A stretch of 25,451 nt of DNA from Nitrospiraceae bacterium (lineage in GTDB: Bacteria; Nitrospirota; Nitrospiria; Nitrospirales; Nitrospiraceae), in assembly GCA_050246315.1 (NCBI GenBank), contig JBFWWG010000024.1, positions 1 to 25,451 on the forward strand, in the 5' to 3' direction. The notes beneath the pieces were generated by a model, which was not told the DNA's origin, did not search any database, and was given only the letters and a program-made list of their open reading frames with translations. Of the stretch, positions 1 to 8,279 are shown in pieces (within the stretch, counting starts at the first letter, position 1; every line of letters starts with the position of its first letter). The position numbers and the translations under genes were made by a program.

Positions 1-127
1 CGCCGAGGGGGTTGCCCACCTCGATGACCGGCTGGAGAGCCGTCAGCGCCAGCGCGCGATCGGCAATCGCCGCGGCCGCCACTGTCCCCGCCGTGACCTT
101 CAGAAATTGTCGTCGTGATAAAAACAT
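1..127 (-). CDS. nxrA: Nitrite oxidoreductase alpha subunit (periplasmic, Nitrospira-type), 5' end only; runs off the window
   Basis: Manual translation from ATG at 127 gives MFLSRRQFLKVTAGTVAAAAIADRALALTALQPVIEVGNPLG. This has the twin-arginine motif SRRQFLK and the characteristic Nitrospira NxrA N-terminus. SD GGAGGTG at 134-140. Not in the ORF track because it is truncated. Confidence 0.9.
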   Translation of the reverse strand, partial: MFLSRRQFLKVTAGTVAAAAIADRALALTALQPVIEVGNPLG

Positions 128-304
128 TGAGTGCACCTCCTCAAGTTAGAGCTGACTTCTCAGCCTGACTACTCCGCTTCCTTCACACCACCGAATCTTT
201 CCCACCACCTCCTCTCGGTCAGTGAATTTCATGTTGAATCCGATTCGTAGGCATCGCGGAATGAAAATAGGGACGTGAAACCGCATGAAAGAACGGAGTT
301 TTTA

Positions 305-321
305 AAGCAACTATCAAACCA
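305..321 (-). promoter_or_regulatory. Putative sigma54 (-24/-12) promoter of nxrA
   Basis: Minus strand reads TGGTTTG-ATAG-TTGCTT, with exact GG-N10-GC spacing (consensus TGGCACG-N4-TTGCW). It points toward nxrA, about 180 bp upstream of the ATG. Confidence 0.7.
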
Positions 322-338
322 CTGAGCCGCGAAACGAA

Positions 339-351
339 TAACCGATTGAAT
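339..351 (-). promoter_or_regulatory. Possible IHF binding site
   Basis: Minus strand ATTCAA-TCGG-TTA is one mismatch from WATCAA-N4-TTR. An AT-rich tract (~361-378) lies on its 5' side, just upstream of the sigma54 site. Confidence 0.4.
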
Positions 352-736
352 TAGCGAACGAAATTATGAAATTTGAATGGCGCTGAAGATGTGATCACGA
401 TTGATGGGCGTTACCAATCTGTAACTGTCTGGATGATCACCTTAAGGCGGATGATAGGTTCGATGAAAACATGACGAAAAAACAATTGCTTATATGATCA
501 GAGGATATGTTACCGGTTGAGTCCATTTATCCAGAAGGTAACGCTCCTGCGGGGAGAAGTTGGTAGCGAGCAGGTGCGGAATTGTGGATATCGGGGAGGG
601 CGAACTCAGAAGTCTGCTGTATGACAGGTGTGAGTGCTATGAGTATGAAGATGAGGGGCAACACCTGAATAGGACTTCTTCGAATGGGTCTTCCGGTCAC
701 TTGTAGGTCATTCATCACCTACCTAACATGCAGAAG

Positions 737-765
737 TTGACAGTGAAGGGTCAGATAATTAGAAT
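737..765 (+). promoter_or_regulatory. sigma70 promoter of tRNA-Gly
   Basis: TTGACA (737-742), 17-nt spacer, TAGAAT (760-765), about 36 nt upstream of the tRNA. Confidence 0.8.
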
Positions 766-801
766 CCCATCTCCTCGTTCGATGGAATCTGGACCTGAAG
801 A

Positions 802-876
802 GCGGGAATAGCTCAGTGGTAGAGCATCGCCTTGCCAAGGCGAGGGTCGCGGGTTCAAATCCCGTTTCCCGCTCCA
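802..876 (+). tRNA. tRNA-Gly (anticodon GCC)
   Basis: Acceptor stem GCGGGAA/TTCCCGC, D-arm GCTC-AGTGGTA-GAGC, anticodon arm TCGCC-TTGCCAA-GGCGA, T-loop GGTTCAAATCC, and an encoded CCA end. Confidence 0.97.
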
Positions 877-1093
877 TATTTCAACTGCTTAGGTCTCGTC
901 ACGCCGCAGTCCCGGTTATTCGCTTTTTCGGAGAATGCTCTGGCAGTCTCTTCCGACACGTGTCCCCGTTTTTTCAATCGTGTGCTCAGGGCGGAAGAAG
1001 GAGTGGGTTTTCCGACTGGATCTCGATGATTGAGAGATGCTTCCAGATGTGGACGATGCAGGAAGGGATAAGCTGCAACTTATTACGGTCTGG

Positions 1094-3280
1094 TCACGCT
1101 GTGGTATTCGGCTTGGGGAGCGAGCGCAGGCGGGCGAGCCATTCATCCGCTTGCCGCAGGTCGCGTAACGTAAAGGTCGTTCCTCCGAACCGCACCCGGC
1201 AGTAGAATTCCGTCAAGGATGCAATGATCGGTTCGGCTTCTTTCCAGTCGGTTCCCACGCTGTGGAGAAATTCATGCGGTGTGGTCCAGACCGGTTTGCT
1301 GTAGCCGCGGGTACGCAGGATCCGTAAGGCGCGGAGATAGACCTGCTGTGCGGCGCTCTCTTCCTCCGTTGGCCTACCGTCCGACCTCCCTCGTGACCAC
1401 GCTAAGAGCCAGAAACGAACCCGCCAAAGAAGCCAGCCGACGAGGAGCGCGCCCATCAGAGCGGCAAGGCCGTACCACTGTGACCGTTGGAGGACCTGTG
1501 TCACGGCCTGCGCCCATATCAACCAGGCGTTGAGGGTCAAGAACAGGAATTCGGTCACTTCGGTGCGCAATGAATGCGTGCTGTCCCGAAGGCTCTGCAC
1601 GACCGCGAGCTGATCGCGGGCGCTGTATTGCACGATCAACCGGTCCCACTGAAGGCGACCTGAATCGAGCATTCTGGCCCAGGAGTTCCACCAGGGCTCG
1701 GGATCGGCCGTTCCGACGGCCGGCGTCGGATCGAACGTCACCCATCCGGATTGAGGGAAATAGGCCTCCACCCAGGCATGGGCGTCCCGCTGGCGCACCG
1801 TGTAATAATGTCCGAACTCGTTCCACTCACTGGGTAGAAACCCAGTCACGAGGCGGGCGGGAATTCCCAAAGTTCGAAGCAGCACCACCATCGCCGTTGC
1901 ATAGTGTTCGCAATATCCCGTTTTACGCACAAAGAGAAACTGCTCCAATGGCTTGACGGACTGGGCCCGTCCGACGTCGAGACTGTAACGAAAATGGCGT
2001 TGGAGGTATTGTAAAAGCATCACGGCCTTGAGATAGGCCGTTGAGGCGCTGGCGGTTGCCTCCTGCGCCAATTGTGCAACGCGTGGAGTGAGTGGCGGCA
2101 ACTGCAAGAAATGCCGGCGGATGTCCTCCGGATAACTAAATGACGTCGCAGCCCGATCACCCTCACGAATCGAGACCGGTATCGACCAGACTGTATACTG
2201 CATCCGTCCCGTCGGCGGGAAGGGCAGGAACAGGCTCCCCATCCCGTCGGTGTGAAGCGTCATAAAGTCCCCATCAATCGAGCGGGGGAACGACAGACCG
2301 AAGAGAACGGTGGTGTCGAGACCTTCCAAGAGGATGGTCTGGACCATGGGGGCGAGTTGTCTTCGCTCCTGGACTGGGCTTGGTCCGGACTGCAGGCCGA
2401 ATCGGCCGGAGGCGTCGTCGCTCAGGAGGCGTCGCCGACGGAACGTATTCACCCAGGAGGTCCCGTTGTACCAATCATAGGCCATGCCTCTGAGATACAG
2501 GGCTTGATCGCGATTCGCCGTCCTGCCTGGTAGTTCCATGCGCATCACGACGCTTTCATCCAGTTTGATCGGGCCTAGAGCGCCGAGGTCCACCTTTTCC
2601 GTAAACCCGACGGTACGCACGGCGTCGTCGCGATTCTTTTGGATGAATCCGATGCCGATACGAGGAAATGCAAAAAAAATGATCAGGGTCATCGCAAGCG
2701 CACCTCCCGCCAGACCATTCGCAGACCAAAAGAATTGCGCGGTAATCCGTCCGATTTCCGGAGGCGGGTCCGGTACCGGCTCAGCGGTGCGGTCGGTTGG
2801 ATCGGCGTGCATGACCAGTTGATACAACAGTAGAGTCCACACCCCGATCAGCAGATAGGCCACCACCACCGTCCCGTACCACGCCTCCGTCGTCATCGAA
2901 GCCGAAGCGAGGATCATGATGAAGCTGATGGCGTAGAGTTGGAGGTAATCGCGCTTCTGATAAAGGTTGAACAATTTATTGACCATGAGCCCGATCAGGA
3001 AATGGACTCCGGCCTGCAGCAGGTCGTTAGAAAACCACAGGTAGTCGATCCAAAACCAGATGAAGGCCACCAGAATCAGGACGTTCCAGAAGTGCAGGGA
3101 TGCGCCGATAGGCTGTGCCAGGCGTGAGGACCTCCTCGCGAATGCGGCCAGCACGGCGAGTAGACAGCCGAAGCCGAGCAATAGAAAGCCGGACGGCAAC
3201 GCGGCCGTTACCGCAAGGCCGGTAAGGGCCGCGCCGGCCAACAGCAGTGAGCTAAGCCGGAAGGCGTTGGTCACGTCCAT
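1094..3280 (-). CDS. Membrane transglutaminase-like protein (TgpA type: N-terminal multi-TM DUF3488, transglutaminase core, C-terminal DUF4129-like)
   Basis: 728 aa with several N-terminal TM helices. Contains GYCEHYATAMVVLLRTLGIPARLVTGF and AHAWVEAYFPQSGWVTFDPTP (Cys/His/Asp triad), and TPHEF near the C-terminus. Lies downstream of moxR and DUF58. Confidence 0.9.
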   Translation of the reverse strand: MDVTNAFRLSSLLLAGAALTGLAVTAALPSGFLLLGFGCLLAVLAAFARRSSRLAQPIGASLHFWNVLILVAFIWFWIDYLWFSNDLLQAGVHFLIGLMVNKLFNLYQKRDYLQLYAISFIMILASASMTTEAWYGTVVVAYLLIGVWTLLLYQLVMHADPTDRTAEPVPDPPPEIGRITAQFFWSANGLAGGALAMTLIIFFAFPRIGIGFIQKNRDDAVRTVGFTEKVDLGALGPIKLDESVVMRMELPGRTANRDQALYLRGMAYDWYNGTSWVNTFRRRRLLSDDASGRFGLQSGPSPVQERRQLAPMVQTILLEGLDTTVLFGLSFPRSIDGDFMTLHTDGMGSLFLPFPPTGRMQYTVWSIPVSIREGDRAATSFSYPEDIRRHFLQLPPLTPRVAQLAQEATASASTAYLKAVMLLQYLQRHFRYSLDVGRAQSVKPLEQFLFVRKTGYCEHYATAMVVLLRTLGIPARLVTGFLPSEWNEFGHYYTVRQRDAHAWVEAYFPQSGWVTFDPTPAVGTADPEPWWNSWARMLDSGRLQWDRLIVQYSARDQLAVVQSLRDSTHSLRTEVTEFLFLTLNAWLIWAQAVTQVLQRSQWYGLAALMGALLVGWLLWRVRFWLLAWSRGRSDGRPTEEESAAQQVYLRALRILRTRGYSKPVWTTPHEFLHSVGTDWKEAEPIIASLTEFYCRVRFGGTTFTLRDLRQADEWLARLRSLPKPNTTA

Positions 3281-4478
3281 GAAGAAGAACTCCGTGCTCC
3301 GGGCTGCCGAGGTCGATGAGGCGCGTCGCCTGCCCGTAGCTCCGCAGGAGGTCCGGCGTAGACCACGGCAGAATGGCGATCATGAGGCTGCGGTCGTCAA
3401 TATCGGGGTGGACCTCGGCCGTGAGCCGCTCGATGCCGACCGGCGGTTCTTCCGGGAGGCAGGTGGCCAATGGAGCGAGAATGTGGCGCAGATCCTCACC
3501 AACGGTGTCGCTCTGCACGGTCGTCGCTCCAACCACCAGACGGACTCGATAGCCTTGTTCGTGCAGGTGCGCGACAACGGAAGCGGCCAGCGCGACCGCC
3601 GGCTCGAACCGGTCGTGCGCCTGTGCGGGCGTGAGGAGGGAAAGATAAATGGTGGCCATATCCTGGGTCTCCGTCTCGGTTTCACGCACGATGAGTTGAG
3701 CGGTGCGGGCCGTGCTCATCCAATGAATACGGCGTGAGTCGTCCCCCGGCTGATAGACCCGCAAATTATAGAGATCCAGTCCCAAGCCTTTCTTCACGAG
3801 ACGGGTCTGCGTGCCGGCGGTCGGCATCTCGGGTATCAATGTACGAGAAATGAGAGTCGGTTGTGGCAGGACCGTGATGGTCGTCTCGCAGGGAACATAG
3901 GCCCGCTTGACGAAGAGTCCGAAGGGAAATGGAGTCGCCAGGATCATTCCCTCGATGCGGTACAGGCCGCGTCGCGGTAGGGACAGGGCACACGAGAGCA
4001 TCTGTGAGGTCTGTGGCGGTAACTGTCTCAGATGCATCCCGCGGTCGAACTCCGATCCTTCAACCACGTCATAAAGGCGAAGTGAAAAGCTGGGCAGGCG
4101 TGACTTGCGGTTGGAAATGGTGACGGTCAATACCCCGGGCTCTCCGGCGTAGAGGAAAGTCGGCGCGTAGCGGTAGAGCTCCAGTTTGCGCAGGCAGAGC
4201 TCGGACAGGAACCCGGACATGATGATTAGGCTGAGCATCATCGCGAGCAGCAGGTAGAAAAGATTGTTGCCGGTGTTGATGGCCGCGACACCGACGGCGA
4301 CGGTAAATAGGATGAATCGCCTCCCCTCCGGAGTCATCCGAATGGAACGGTGGCGGACAAGCTGTCGTAACAGGAGCCGCCATTGTGAGGAGCACGCAAG
4401 GCCGCGGGGCCGCCAGGTCGTGCATGCGGGTGGGTGTGGGGCGCCCACGGGTTCGTTGGTGGTCTTGCCGACTTTCAC
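3252..4478 (-). CDS. DUF58 family protein (MoxR-associated); true start may be downstream of 4478
   Basis: Two N-terminal TM helices around NTGNN, plus PFPFGLF and LRVYQPGDDSRRIHWMSTAR (DUF58 signature) and FEPAVALAAS. Canonical position between moxR and the transglutaminase. Confidence 0.85.
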   Translation of the reverse strand: MKVGKTTNEPVGAPHPPACTTWRPRGLACSSQWRLLLRQLVRHRSIRMTPEGRRFILFTVAVGVAAINTGNNLFYLLLAMMLSLIIMSGFLSELCLRKLELYRYAPTFLYAGEPGVLTVTISNRKSRLPSFSLRLYDVVEGSEFDRGMHLRQLPPQTSQMLSCALSLPRRGLYRIEGMILATPFPFGLFVKRAYVPCETTITVLPQPTLISRTLIPEMPTAGTQTRLVKKGLGLDLYNLRVYQPGDDSRRIHWMSTARTAQLIVRETETETQDMATIYLSLLTPAQAHDRFEPAVALAASVVAHLHEQGYRVRLVVGATTVQSDTVGEDLRHILAPLATCLPEEPPVGIERLTAEVHPDIDDRSLMIAILPWSTPDLLRSYGQATRLIDLGSPEHGVLLHGRDQRLPA

Positions 4479-4524
4479 AGGGCGACCGTTCAGCGTGCGG
4501 CGGCGTCCGATCCGGGTGGTCCGG

Positions 4525-5466
4525 TCAGAGAGGAATTGGAACGGACTGCATCAGGTCATGTACGACGCGTTCCGTTTGATCGACAACCTGGCCGCGCACG
4601 GCATGGACGCGGTTGAGCATGATACGGTGGGACAGGACCAGCGGCGCCAACTCCTTGATGTCGTCCGGCAGGCAGTAGTCGCGTCCGCGCACGAGAGCCA
4701 GGGCTTTGGCGGCCTTGCAGAGCGCCAATGCGCCCCTCGTGCTCACCCCGAGGCTCAGGAGGTCGGTTTGACGGGTGGCGAGCACCAGTGCCAGCAGGTA
4801 ATTCATCAACGTGTCGTGCATGCGCACCTTCTCGACCTGGTCCTGAAGGTCGAGCACATCTTGAGCCGTCACGACCGGGGAGAGTTCTTCGGCCGGGTGG
4901 AGCGATTGTGGGCGGTCCAGCACCTTCTTCTCCTCCTCCGGGGAGGGATACCCGATCCGCAAGCGCATCAAGAATCGATCGACCTGGGATTCGGGCAGCG
5001 GGAACGTGCCGTGATATTCGGCCGGGTTCTGCGTGGCGATCACCATGAAGGGTTGATGCAGCGGATAGGTCTGGTTGTCCACCGAGATCTGGGCCTCGCT
5101 CATCGCTTCCAGCAGACTGCTCTGCGTCTTGGGCGTCGTCCGGTTGATTTCGTCAGCGAGGACGATATTCGCGAAGATCGGCCCCCGCATAAACTCAAAT
5201 GCCTGCTTCTGCCGATTGAAAATGGAGATGCCGACGATGTCGGATGGGAGGAGGTCGCTTGTGAACTGAATGCGCTTGAAAGCACAGTCAATGGAACGGG
5301 CAAGACTGTGCGCGAGCGTCGTCTTGCCGACGCCTGGCACGTCCTCGATCAGCACGTGTCCGCGCGCCAATAGGCAGACGATCGTCATCTCGATCACTCG
5401 GGACTTGCCCTTGATGACGCGCTCGATATTCTGCTGGATGTTCCGGATGGCCTGTGCGTTGTTCAC
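4525..5466 (-). CDS. moxR: MoxR family AAA+ ATPase
   Basis: GHVLIEDVPGVGKT (Walker A), RIQFTSDLLPSDIVG, LADEINR (Walker B), ATQNPAEYHGTFPLPESQVDRF. Confidence 0.95.
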   Translation of the reverse strand: MNNAQAIRNIQQNIERVIKGKSRVIEMTIVCLLARGHVLIEDVPGVGKTTLAHSLARSIDCAFKRIQFTSDLLPSDIVGISIFNRQKQAFEFMRGPIFANIVLADEINRTTPKTQSSLLEAMSEAQISVDNQTYPLHQPFMVIATQNPAEYHGTFPLPESQVDRFLMRLRIGYPSPEEEKKVLDRPQSLHPAEELSPVVTAQDVLDLQDQVEKVRMHDTLMNYLLALVLATRQTDLLSLGVSTRGALALCKAAKALALVRGRDYCLPDDIKELAPLVLSHRIMLNRVHAVRGQVVDQTERVVHDLMQSVPIPL

Positions 5467-5516
5467 AATGTCGGTGACAGGATGCGGTCAGTGTGATCGG
5501 AAGGACATTGGGAAAA

Positions 5517-5545
5517 AGTCTAACAGAGGGTCCGGGGAGCGTCAA
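5517..5545 (-). promoter_or_regulatory. sigma70 promoter of the moxR operon
   Basis: Minus strand TTGACG (5545-5540), 17-nt spacer, TAGACT (5522-5517), with an extended -10 TG. Confidence 0.7.
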
Positions 5546-5570
5546 TTTTATCGCCATTTACGGAGGCCAT

Positions 5571-5597
5571 GAGAAGCGGCTCCCAGAGCCGGTTCTC
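5571..5597 (-). terminator. Stem-loop just downstream of the 5615-6958 gene; possible terminator or stability hairpin
   Basis: GAGAAGCGGCTC-CCA-GAGCCGGTTCTC forms a 12-bp stem with one mismatch. No clear U-tract. Confidence 0.35.
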
Positions 5598-5614
5598 ACG
5601 ATATACAGATTCGG

Positions 5615-6958
5615 TTACCGCTCGGGAAGCAGCACCAGAAACCAGGGTGTGGTCTCCTCTCGAAGTCGGGGGAAGTGACGCGCCGTCGAGCTTGCGGGCA
5701 TGTCGGGGAAGGTAGAGCCGCGTCGAACGAGCACGTCGCGAAAGCGGAACGTCCCTGCCTCGCCGGATAGGACGGTGCTCGGGATATCACAGCGGAGTTC
5801 CGTGAGTTCGGCGAGGCTTTGTATCTGACCAGGAGGCAATGTCCGGAGATCGTGGTAGAGCCGGCCGAACACGTCGGGCAAGGTTTGCTCGGTGAACAGC
5901 ACCTCATGAGGGCGCAGCGATGAATCGGCCACGAGCTGGGCCAGGAGCTCCCAAAATACTTCCGAATCGACGGCACCGAGCACACAGAGGAGGCCGCGGT
6001 GCGCGATCACATCAAGCAGCGCGAGCGGCCCGCGAATCTCGAACTTCCATTCCGGGAAGAGCAACACCCGACCTTCGTGGAGGACTTCCAGCGCCGGCTC
6101 GCGGTGGGTCTGCACAGGTCGATAGGCCCCCCGGGTTTCTCGCAAATGCCGGTCGATCACTCCAAGGGAGAGCCGCGATGGTTCATAAGCAAAGGTAGGA
6201 TTGGCCGGTGCCCAGCAGGTGACCAGATGATATCGTGGGAGGAGCGCGCAGCGAGGATTCGGACCCTCCAGCGCAAACATATCCTGGTCGCCCCAGTAGC
6301 GAAATTGTAATCCCGGCCTGGTCTTGAGGCTTGCCAGCCTGTCCCGAGTGGCCTGATACGCCGTTCCCAAGGAGGACCCGGGCTTGATACGGTCGAGGGC
6401 ATGTGTCGTGAGCACCTGACCTTGTTCGCGAAGATGCGGGAGGTACTGGGTGGCCAACTCGTGGACGAAGGAGAGGTCGCCCGCTCCGAGGTCCAACAGG
6501 GACGGGCCCTCGACTTCGAGCAAGAGGTCAAAGGGGTTGGGATGTCGGCGCAGGAAGGTGTCCGTTTGATCGGTTGTCCAAGGAGGGGCGGCACCTGGAT
6601 CGTTCGGCAAGTCGGCCAGGCCAAAGTGCACACAGAGCGCGCGCAGAGCCTTAGTTGTCGGGAGCCCGGTCAATTGCTTGAGCGGGTCGCTGCCTCGCTC
6701 GTGAACCGCGGGAGCTTGCCCCCAATTCAGGAGAGAGGCCAGCAACGGCTCACGAATCTCGGCGGCCAAGGGGGAATCCTGGACCGTCTCGGACAGGCGC
6801 CGTAGCGTCTCAGTAAGCTTGTCGTCGGCGACGAGGGTGCGGGAGGCCTGCCAGTGGCGCGGCTTAGACGAGCGGAGCGCTTTGAGATGCGAGCGGAACT
6901 GGGCCAGCCCAGGGGAGTTCTGTGGAGGCGGTGCGTCGTGATCAGCTTGTGACGTCAC
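5615..6958 (-). CDS. Hypothetical protein with a class I SAM-dependent methyltransferase-like motif
   Basis: Long ORF (track 5615..7066) containing LLDLGAGDLSF followed later by THALD, resembling motif I and the acidic motif II. Start moved to the in-frame GTG at 6958 because a sigma70 promoter lies at 6996-7024. Confidence 0.6.
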   Translation of the reverse strand: MTSQADHDAPPPQNSPGLAQFRSHLKALRSSKPRHWQASRTLVADDKLTETLRRLSETVQDSPLAAEIREPLLASLLNWGQAPAVHERGSDPLKQLTGLPTTKALRALCVHFGLADLPNDPGAAPPWTTDQTDTFLRRHPNPFDLLLEVEGPSLLDLGAGDLSFVHELATQYLPHLREQGQVLTTHALDRIKPGSSLGTAYQATRDRLASLKTRPGLQFRYWGDQDMFALEGPNPRCALLPRYHLVTCWAPANPTFAYEPSRLSLGVIDRHLRETRGAYRPVQTHREPALEVLHEGRVLLFPEWKFEIRGPLALLDVIAHRGLLCVLGAVDSEVFWELLAQLVADSSLRPHEVLFTEQTLPDVFGRLYHDLRTLPPGQIQSLAELTELRCDIPSTVLSGEAGTFRFRDVLVRRGSTFPDMPASSTARHFPRLREETTPWFLVLLPER

Positions 6959-6995
6959 GGAAAGGTATATTGTTGGACGCGTTCGAAAGGAGAGC

Positions 6996-7024
6996 AGCAT
7001 AAGAAGGGCCGCGTCCCCCGTCAA
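6996..7024 (-). promoter_or_regulatory. sigma70 promoter of the methyltransferase-like gene
   Basis: Minus strand TTGACG (7024-7019), 17-nt spacer, TATGCT (7001-6996). Confidence 0.65.
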
Positions 7025-7068
7025 GCCGCGGCCTTGCCGTGGCAAGGCACCTGTGCTAGGGAACACAC

Positions 7069-8103
7069 ATGAATAGATGGTTTACGAGATCGATCCGCTT
7101 AGTCGCGATGATTTTCTGTCTGAGTGCTGGCGCGTCCAGCACGATGGCTGCTGCCGACCAAGATACGTCGGCTCCTTTGCAGTTGGATGTTCGTCCAGAG
7201 AACCAGCCAGCGGCTCGGACGACTCAGGAATGGAAGCCGGGTACGATCGTGTCCAGCGAGACCGGAGAATCGTTTCTCCTTGAGGCCTGGCTGTCCAAGC
7301 TCGGTGGTTTCGATGTGATCTTTTTGGGAGAAGAACACCAGAATCCCGAACACATCAAGGCGGCTATCCTAGTCCTGCGAGCGCTGCTCGCACAGGGGCG
7401 ACACCCGCTGCTGGGAATGGAGATGTTCTCTTGGGACGGACAGCCAGCTTTGGACCGGTACGTGACGAGGGAGCAGGATGCGGACCGGCGATTTCTTGAG
7501 GACGTCCGGTGGAAACAGAATTGGGGAGGATCATTCGAAAACTACGCACCGTTGGTCGGCTTCGCGAGGGATCACGGGATTTCCGTGCTGGCACTGAATC
7601 CGCCGCGTCCGCTGGTCCGGAGTGTGGTCAAGGATGGGATGCACGTGGTTGTGAACGGGGACGAGGCGGCACAATGGGGCATGAGGGGCGAGGAGCTTGT
7701 GGAGGATGCCGGCTATCGTGAAGCCATCTTAGATCAGCTCAGGGCTTGCCATGGAGGCGGAACCGAGCGCGACTATCAAGGAATGTACGAGGCGTCGTTG
7801 TTCCGTGACGAAGGCATGGCCAAGACGATCGCCTTCGCTCTCGCTCGGGAGGCCTCAGCGGGAGTACCGGTCCAGGGACCTTTTGTCAGCTACACCGGAG
7901 GCGGACATATCCAGTATCGGTTGCCCGTTCCCAGTCGCGTGGCACGCAGGACCGGCCCGGACGTCAAGCAGGTGACCATCTATATGACCTCGTTTGACTC
8001 AGCTCGGCTCGATGAGGTGCAGGATATGCTGAACCGGCACATTGCCGACTACCTGTGGCTGACGCCGGTGGGACCGCAGGGACCTCCACGGCGCTGCCGC
8101 TGA
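7069..8103 (+). CDS. ChaN-family (haem/cofactor-binding, iron-uptake-associated) exported protein
   Basis: N-terminal signal peptide, VIFLGEEHQNPEH, LGMEMF, QPALDRY, RDEGMAKTI, YTGGGH. Confidence 0.8.
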   Translation: MNRWFTRSIRLVAMIFCLSAGASSTMAAADQDTSAPLQLDVRPENQPAARTTQEWKPGTIVSSETGESFLLEAWLSKLGGFDVIFLGEEHQNPEHIKAAILVLRALLAQGRHPLLGMEMFSWDGQPALDRYVTREQDADRRFLEDVRWKQNWGGSFENYAPLVGFARDHGISVLALNPPRPLVRSVVKDGMHVVVNGDEAAQWGMRGEELVEDAGYREAILDQLRACHGGGTERDYQGMYEASLFRDEGMAKTIAFALAREASAGVPVQGPFVSYTGGGHIQYRLPVPSRVARRTGPDVKQVTIYMTSFDSARLDEVQDMLNRHIADYLWLTPVGPQGPPRRCR

Positions 8104-8203
8104 AACCCCCGTCGTGGGCGAGTCTGAGGTGCAGAAAAGTTCAGCCGCACGCAGCAGGGCTTATGTCGCACGGTGCAGGGCCCGATCCTCAATCCTACTT
8201 TTC

Positions 8204-8232
8204 TTGACAGGTGTGACCCTCGGCGGTACAAC
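8204..8232 (+). promoter_or_regulatory. Putative sigma70 promoter of the SWIM gene
   Basis: TTGACA (8204-8209), 17-nt spacer, TACAAC (8227-8232). Confidence 0.5.
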
Positions 8233-8279
8233 CGGACAAGATCAACACGAAGCCGGGAGATCTGCGGAACTCCGTCCTC

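Noticed and set aside
527..718. 63-aa ORF upstream of nxrA
   Set aside because: It lies between two promoters and has no clear SD or motif. It has a short hydrophobic stretch, but support is insufficient.
802..1093. tRNA-Gly as the attachment site of a genomic island
   Set aside because: No integrase nearby, no duplicated tRNA 3' end seen in the window, and the downstream genes look like core chromosome.
816..1205. ORFs 816..1205, 832..1029 and 916..1146
   Set aside because: They overlap the tRNA or the transglutaminase 3' end and have no recognisable motifs.
4264..5373. 369-aa plus-strand ORF antisense to moxR, and similar long shadow ORFs elsewhere
   Set aside because: Typical antisense open frames in high-GC coding DNA; the opposite strand carries the recognisable protein.
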